A DNA stretch of 64,000 nucleotides, taken from Hemiscyllium ocellatum. Its lineage: Eukaryota. This document shows positions 57,602 to 64,000 of this stretch, one piece after another; positions within the stretch are counted from its first letter, which is position 1; each line of letters begins with the position of its first letter. The stretch covers positions 12,524,001 to 12,588,000 of the forward strand of contig NC_083426.1 of the NCBI RefSeq assembly GCF_020745735.1. Reading direction: 5' to 3'. The notes under the pieces were generated by a model that worked only from the letters and a program-made list of their open reading frames with translations, searched no databases and was not told where the DNA came from. The position numbers and the translations under genes are program-made.

Positions 57602-60194
57602 TTTAAACATATGCTCCCAGTCAATGCACACTCCATCAAAGGGAAACATTTCCTCCTGTCTTCCCTAACTATTCCCCCCTAATTTTATACATCTCAATCA
57701 TATCCTCTCTCAATCTCCTATGCACCACAGAAACAAACCCGATCTTTCCAAATCTGTCATCATAACAAAAACTCACTTCTAAATTCAAATCTAAGGTGAT
57801 AGACAGACTCCAGCCTAACTATGGTGTAATTGTTAGCGATAAACTTGGTTTGAGAGATCATGACGTAGAATCAGTTTGGATGAAGAATAATTTGGGTAAA
57901 GAGGTCACTTGTGGGAGTGATTTCCAAATCCCTGAACAGCAGCTGTTATGTAAGGAGAATGCAAGTAGAAATTTCTGGGTGCATGTGATTAGGAGATGGC
58001 AATAACTGGGAGCGATTTTAATCTGTCTGATGGGGCTTTTGTGGAATGCTTTTCAGATAGTTTCTTCAGCAATCCATTCATGAACTGAGCAGAAGGCTGG
58101 TATTTGTTATTGTGCCATGTGACAGGATTAATTAATGACCTCGGGGTCACAGCATCTCTGAATAGGAGGGACCACAGTCTGATTGCATTTCATACCCAGA
58201 CACAGAAGAACAAAAGTTTTATAACACAAAGTATGAAATTAAAAAGCACATAAATTATCCAGATACACAGTTTCAAAGAATCTTGCAACACGTAGCAAAA
58301 CAATTTTTCAACTATTTTCCAACATTATCAATTTACAGCAATTCAAGTCCAGAAAATGTACTCCTCCACATCAAATACTGATGTCCTTTCATCTCTCTTG
58401 AATGATTATTCCTAGTTTAGTTCCTCTGATCTATGTGAATATCTTACATGAATACTCACAAAACTGACAGTTTTAAATGTTTACATGCTCATACCCTACA
58501 AATTTCTAACCAATATCACCTGGTTTGAAATGTTTACAATCTACCATTCTGCTGAGATAAATTATTCAGTGACTGCTCCGAAAAACTCCATTCGAGGCTC
58601 GAAAACATAATTCCTTCTCAACCCAGCGATGATACAGCAGAACTGACCAAAGACATTTCAGCCTCCGATTGTTGCAAACTAAAATAAATTCATCACGAAT
58701 CTGAACTGAACTGAAAGCTAATATTATAAACCTGCCATCCAGCAGCACAGTATAAACAATTTTCAAATGATATACAACAAAGGGAATAGAAATACTTGCT
58801 TTCTGACCAATAATGGAATAAAGTCAGGTCTGCAAAGAGATTCTTACTTTCATTTAATTTCAACAAAAGCTTTTCACTGACTTATCCAACAAGAATGGAT
58901 AACTATTTTAAAATTCTGAACTCCAAAACTGATGTTAAGATCACATACCATCCTGCCTTGGAACTGTATCCCTGTTCCTTCACTGTTGCTGACTCAAAAT
59001 CCTGGGAACAGCTGAATTGTATTTGAAGTTCGACCAAAACAGAAATCCAAGGTGCAGAGCCATCTCGGGGTTCTAGTGCATGAGTCACATGAAGTTAGAC
59101 TGAAGGAACCAACAAGTGATTACGAAGGCTAACACATTGCTGTCCTTTAATACGAGAGAAACTGAATATAAAAGTGAGGATGCTATGTTTCAGTCAAAGA
59201 GGCCATTTGGGAGAGTACATCTTGAAAACTCCGTTTACTCTCCTAGGTGAGTCCACTGATGGGACACTGGTTTAAAATTCAAGGTCACCTTTTTAATCTA
59301 GAGATGGGAAGAATTTTTTTTTGAGAACTGTCTGCCTCAGAAGTTGGTGAAGATGGAGAGATATTTGTGAGTCAAGAATCGAAGGATACTGGGGGAAATG
59401 GGAATGTGGGATTTGGAACACCAGCAAAATACTTTCTGTATGTTGTCCCTCTCAGAGAAGCTTGGCTCTGTCTGGCTCCATCCATTTTCTAAAGTCTGTC
59501 CTTATCCAGAAAGAACTCCATTCCTAGCAATCCCAATACTTTTCTTCTGAACAGTCTCTCCATTCAGAGAATTACTTCTTTTATCTTTCGTTCTTACTGC
59601 TTCCCCATGTGATTTTGTGAATAGTCCTGTGTTTACTCCCCTTGAGATCCAACTCATTGATTAATCTCCAGATTTCTGAAACATCCTTTGTTAAACTTCA
59701 AATCTCTTCCTTTCTCCCGTTCCAAATCCTGCTGTAGTCCAGATTGGACTCAAGATATCGAGTGGGTTCAAATTATTTTAATAGTTTGCATGATGATGAA
59801 TGAATTGGAGAAGAACTTCAAATGTACTTGATGTTGTGGCTTAAAACAAATATTGGCAATTCGAACCATAGGGTGTCTCAAAGCACTTTACAGGCAAGTA
59901 TTCCTACGAGTTGTCATTGTTGTAATGATGAAAGTTTGTCAGCTCCTGAGTGTCCTGCAAGATTGCACAAACAGAAATATGACGTTAACTGGGTAATCTG
60001 TGTTTTTATAATTGTTGGTTGAGGGATAAAAGTTGACTATTTGACCCAGGGATTGCTAATTGTTCTTCATCACGATAAGAGATTTGCAAACTCATGGATC
60101 TGCCTGTGGGGCGATCATGCTAATACAAGGCACTGTCAATCCAGTAAAACGTACAACCACACTCCAAATTAAATGACTGGCTCTGACATTTATG

Positions 60195-60323
60195 CTGAAA
60201 ATGTGTTGCTGGAAATGCGGAGCAGGTCAGGTAGCATCCAAGGAGGTGGAGAATTGATGTTTTGGGCATGAGCCCTTCTTCAGGAATCCTCTGATCTCCA
60301 GCATCTGCAGTCCTCACTTTCTC
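60195..60323. mobile_element. Penelope-derived short element with 14-bp TSD
   Basis: ctctgacatttatg at 60181-60194 and 60324-60337; minus CTGAAGA-AGGGC-TCAT-GCCC-AAAA-CATC. Confidence 0.75.
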
Positions 60324-61149
60324 CTCTGACATTTATGGACACATTATGAATACGGACAATGTACTATTAACATAAATTTTCATCACAAATTAAAAGTGAA
60401 GCTTCCAAGATCCTATTCCAGGTTGACAGCGAGAGGAGAGGGTGTAAGACTAATATTTTCAATTTTAAAAGGCAACTGTGTGGACCTGAAAGCTGATCGA
60501 GCTGAAGGGAACTGGAGATAGGTCAGTACAGAAGCAGCTGCAGACAGTCAAAGTGATATTCCAGAATACTCAGAACACATGCATTCCTCCTGGAAAGGAA
60601 AATTTTAAGGGGATGGCCCTGAAAGAGTTTATTAAACGTTAATCCCAAAACAAACAAACATTAACTCGCGAATTCCATCGCCAAGGCAGATAGTTCTGCA
60701 GAAATGTCATGGGTGGAAAACATTGGCAAAGAGACCCCAATTGTTCTGATCAAGAATTCAAGTCACAAATCTGGAATTCAGTGATTTATCTCAAATCTTT
60801 TGTCTTCTGGCAATCTTAACTTTTTGTTAAATGTGATGATCTTTAATTTGGGAGCTGGCCAATGCATCTTGTTCTTTCATCAAGCAATAAAACCGAGATT
60901 TATTAAACAAAAGAACAAAAAGGATAAAAGAAAGTAAGTTGAGCTATCTGCTATGAAACAGCACTCTGAATAGACCACACAAAGTTATACACCTCAAAAA
61001 CCGTAAGCTTTCTGTATTGTCACTCCTGCATTACATTTTGATTTCTTAGTGTGTGTTTTTACATTGATTATATGGATCAACTCGAATATTTGATTAACCA
61101 GCACACTCCTGCTCTCATAGGGGTCAGACAAAACAAAGTTTGAGGTACC

Positions 61150-63230
61150 CTTGATTTGGAAATTTCTCAAATTAAGTCTTGACATTAGAGTAATTGTATT
61201 TATGCAATTAAGTTGAGAAAATATACTTGCTTCTGATCCCCAACAGGTCTCCACCAAATCCTGTCTCAAAAGGTTTAGCTTACTGTATTTTTCTGAGGTA
61301 AAGTAAGTCAATAATTATTTGAATTGAAAGCTAGCAAGAGCCATTCACTATTTATTCACCCTGTCGTAAACTCCACAACATCAGCAATAATCTATGAACA
61401 CTCCAGAAGGTATGCAGTTTCCTCTCTGCTCTCTGATAGGTGTGGATTAGATCATTATTCTGGAAAGGTCACTCTGACGTTGTCTTTTATAACCCTGTCA
61501 ATAACTATGTCACAAGAGTGACCAACACCAAAATGCCAACAGTTTGAAATCAGTTAAAAATGATACATATACATTATATTTACATCTATATATGTACAGA
61601 AACCTTTCATCACACCTCCCCATGAAGAAGATTGCAAATATATCATTCAGAGCCATTATCATTTCATATCAAAAATAATTTTAAAAAACCTTAGTTTTAT
61701 GTTCTTTTAATAGTAACAATAATAACATACATTGAGTTTAATGACAACCTTTTTGAAACATAATTCATTTGAATTACACAAATTGTGTTTTTTCAAACGT
61801 GTCTTGATAAACGATCCACTATGATAATGTCTACGCAGGCGCATGAATGATTTTTAAATTGCATGGTCAGAAAATTAAACTCCACAGAAGTAACCATAAA
61901 TTTTTGTCCCAATTTTATTTCTAAGTAATCGAAAGGATTACAGCCCATATAGTTACAGGAATCAAAGGCGATCAGGAATAAATGGGAAAGGGAAGTTCAG
62001 AACACAGCCAGATCAGCCAGGACCTTCTCAATGGCAGAGCAGGCTTCAAGGGCTGAAGGTCCCACTTCTGCATTATCGTTTCAGATTATACTTCCTAACA
62101 TATACGTCACAGATATAGTGCAGTTTGTACAGAGATATAACGTATTAAGTGATATTTATTTGTATTAAGAACTTATTTTTTCTTCCAATTCCTGAAAAGT
62201 TGAACATTTCTCCCCAGCTTCATCAAATTTGTGGACAAACGAAAAAGTAACTGGAACTGTGGGAAGATCGATCACAATAAATTGTAGATATGACACATGG
62301 TTCAAGTCCAACATGAAATACTGGTGTCTTGGTCGGTCTGCCCGTTGCTCATATTTGGTGAGAACAACTGATCCAGGTGGACAGCAAGGAAGAATGTCAA
62401 TCAAAGATTACACAGCACAAGGAGTATTTGTTGTGACCATGGAGGATCTTCGCATCAAAGATGCAGGATGGTACAGCTGTGGTATTGATAGACAAGTTAT
62501 TGATGAATTACGTGCTGTGAAGGTTGAAGTATCTGATGGTACATTTCTCATTGATTTCTGTTAGTAATCTCTAATGAAATGTCTGATCAATGTTTTGTCT
62601 GGGAGAAACCATGAACACTCCAATATCTCAAGGTGCCCCAGAAATGCTGATACTTGCTGGGGGGAACATAGGAACAGGAGGAGGCCATTCATCCTATTGA
62701 TCCTGCCCCACACTTTGCTGCGATCATGGCTGATCGAACACTTCAATACCATTAATTTTTCCTCCCATTAATCATTAAAAATGTATCACCTTCTACTTTA
62801 AATGTACAACTTAAAATCTGGTGAACCTATGATACACTCCATCTCTGGCAGTATTATCTTTTCTGAGATCAGGTGATCAAAACTGCAAACAATACTTCAG
62901 GTGTGGTCTAACCAAGATCCTACACAACATCTGAAGCAAGAATTCTCAAATCCTCTTGTATTAAATGTTAATATTCCATTAGCCTTCCAAATAACTTGCT
63001 GCACCTGCAAGTTAGCCGTCAGTATCAGATAGACAAGGGCATCCAAGTGACTTTGCAAATCTGTACTTTCCAACATCTCACCATTTGAAAACTACACTGC
63101 ACATCAGCTCTTCCTACCAAAGTGGATAACCTCACATTTCTCCACATCATAGACCATTGACCAAAATCCTGCTCAATCATTAAGCATATCCAAATCCTCC
63201 TGAAGAAGTTTTGCATCTTCCTAACAACAC
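61150..63230 (+). repeat. Inverted segmental duplicate of about 20580-22880
   Basis: Co-linear reverse-complement similarity across intron, V exon and downstream CR1. Confidence 0.85.
62218..62538 (+). CDS. Gene E V-type Ig exon (CD300/pIgR-like), intact; gene presumably continues beyond the window
   Basis: tctccccag|CT TCA...GAT G|gtacat; SSNLWTNEKVTG…CRY…KYWCLGRSARC…DAGWYSCG; 321 nt. Confidence 0.92.
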
Positions 63231-64000
63231 ATAATCCTTCTTTGCTTGTATCATCTGCAAAGTTGGGAATATTACATTTTGTTCCACATCCAAATCATTG
63301 ATATACATTGAGAAAAGCTGATCCTTGTGGAATCCCATTAGTCACAGCCTGCCAATGTGAGAAAGCTCAATTTATTCCTACTCTCTATTTTCTATCTGTT
63401 CACCAATCATCAATCCATGTCAGTACATTATGTCCTATACCTTGTGCTTCAACTTTGCAAACAAATCTCCTCTCCGGTTCATCTGAAAGGCCTTCTCAAA
63501 TTTCAAATGCTCTCTATCCATTAACTTAGCTTCATCAGTTTTGTTAGTAACCTTCTCAAAAAGTTCCAACAGTTCGTAAAACATAATTTTCCATTCACCA
63601 ATACACACTGACTACACAGCATTAATTCATTTTTATCCAAGTGTCCATTTATTATTATCTTTTTTGATACAGTCTAGCATTTTCCTCACAACTGATGGAT
63701 CAGTAAATCCTATTTTTCTCCTTTCTCCAATACATCATCTATCTCTATGAACACATTATTGACACTTTGGAATGCAGACTATCAGTTCTTGGGGATTTTC
63801 CAACTTTCATTAATTTCTCCAGTATATCCTTCTTACCAATACTAATGTCCTTCACCCCATCATTCTCACTTGTCAGTTGGATTTGTAAATCAACTGGATT
63901 TTTTGTATTTTCCTAACCAAAACTGTCACAAATTACTCATTTATCTGCTCTGCCATTTCTCCATTTGGTCTGTTAAATTAATAGAATAGAGTCGAATCCC
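62750..64000 (-). mobile_element. Old CR1 ORF2 relic running off the window
   Basis: Degenerate RT-like sequence continuous with the fragment shared with 20580-21060. Confidence 0.75.

Noticed and set aside
61385-61411. Donor CCAGAAG|gtatgc with ATG giving MNTPE in frame with V(E), or a 25-nt phase 1-to-2 stalk-like micro-exon
   Set aside because: Not a signal peptide; the paralogous copy near 22620 lacks the ATG and the AG and has a stop; similarity is explained by the surrounding duplication.

Overview
Eukaryotic, intron-rich vertebrate DNA. The repeat content (HE1/V-SINE-like tRNA SINEs, CR1 LINEs, Penelope-like termini) points to a shark, possibly a carpet or bamboo shark (inference). 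There are no prokaryotic features, CRISPR arrays or rRNA genes. The window is a birth-and-death cluster of CD300/pIgR(CMRF35)-like Ig-superfamily receptor genes built from a repeated two-domain module: a CD300/pIgR-type V domain plus an atypical five-cysteine C2-type domain resembling FCRL/PECAM/Allergin-1 domains. By hand I reconstructed five units. (1) Gene AB (minus, 2582-21636): V-C2-V-C2-stalk-neutral TM-ITIM tail, all exon phases in frame; no leader exon found, and one acceptor reads CG instead of AG. (2) An orphan minus-strand activating-type stalk plus TM (24230-24972). (3) Gene C (plus, 29985-38303): pseudogene ending in an Arg/Asp-containing activating-type TM. (4) Gene D (plus, 44202-50780): pseudogene with an ITIM tail but no TM exon. 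(5) Gene E (plus, from 53916): intact leader and V exon, continuing past the window. Direct and inverted segmental duplications link these units. Introns hold CR1 fragments, SINEs, two minisatellites and many Penelope-derived elements carrying minimal hammerhead-ribozyme motifs. Exon boundaries were read by eye from splice signals and phase; repeat boundaries are approximate; family names come from motif recognition, not database searches.
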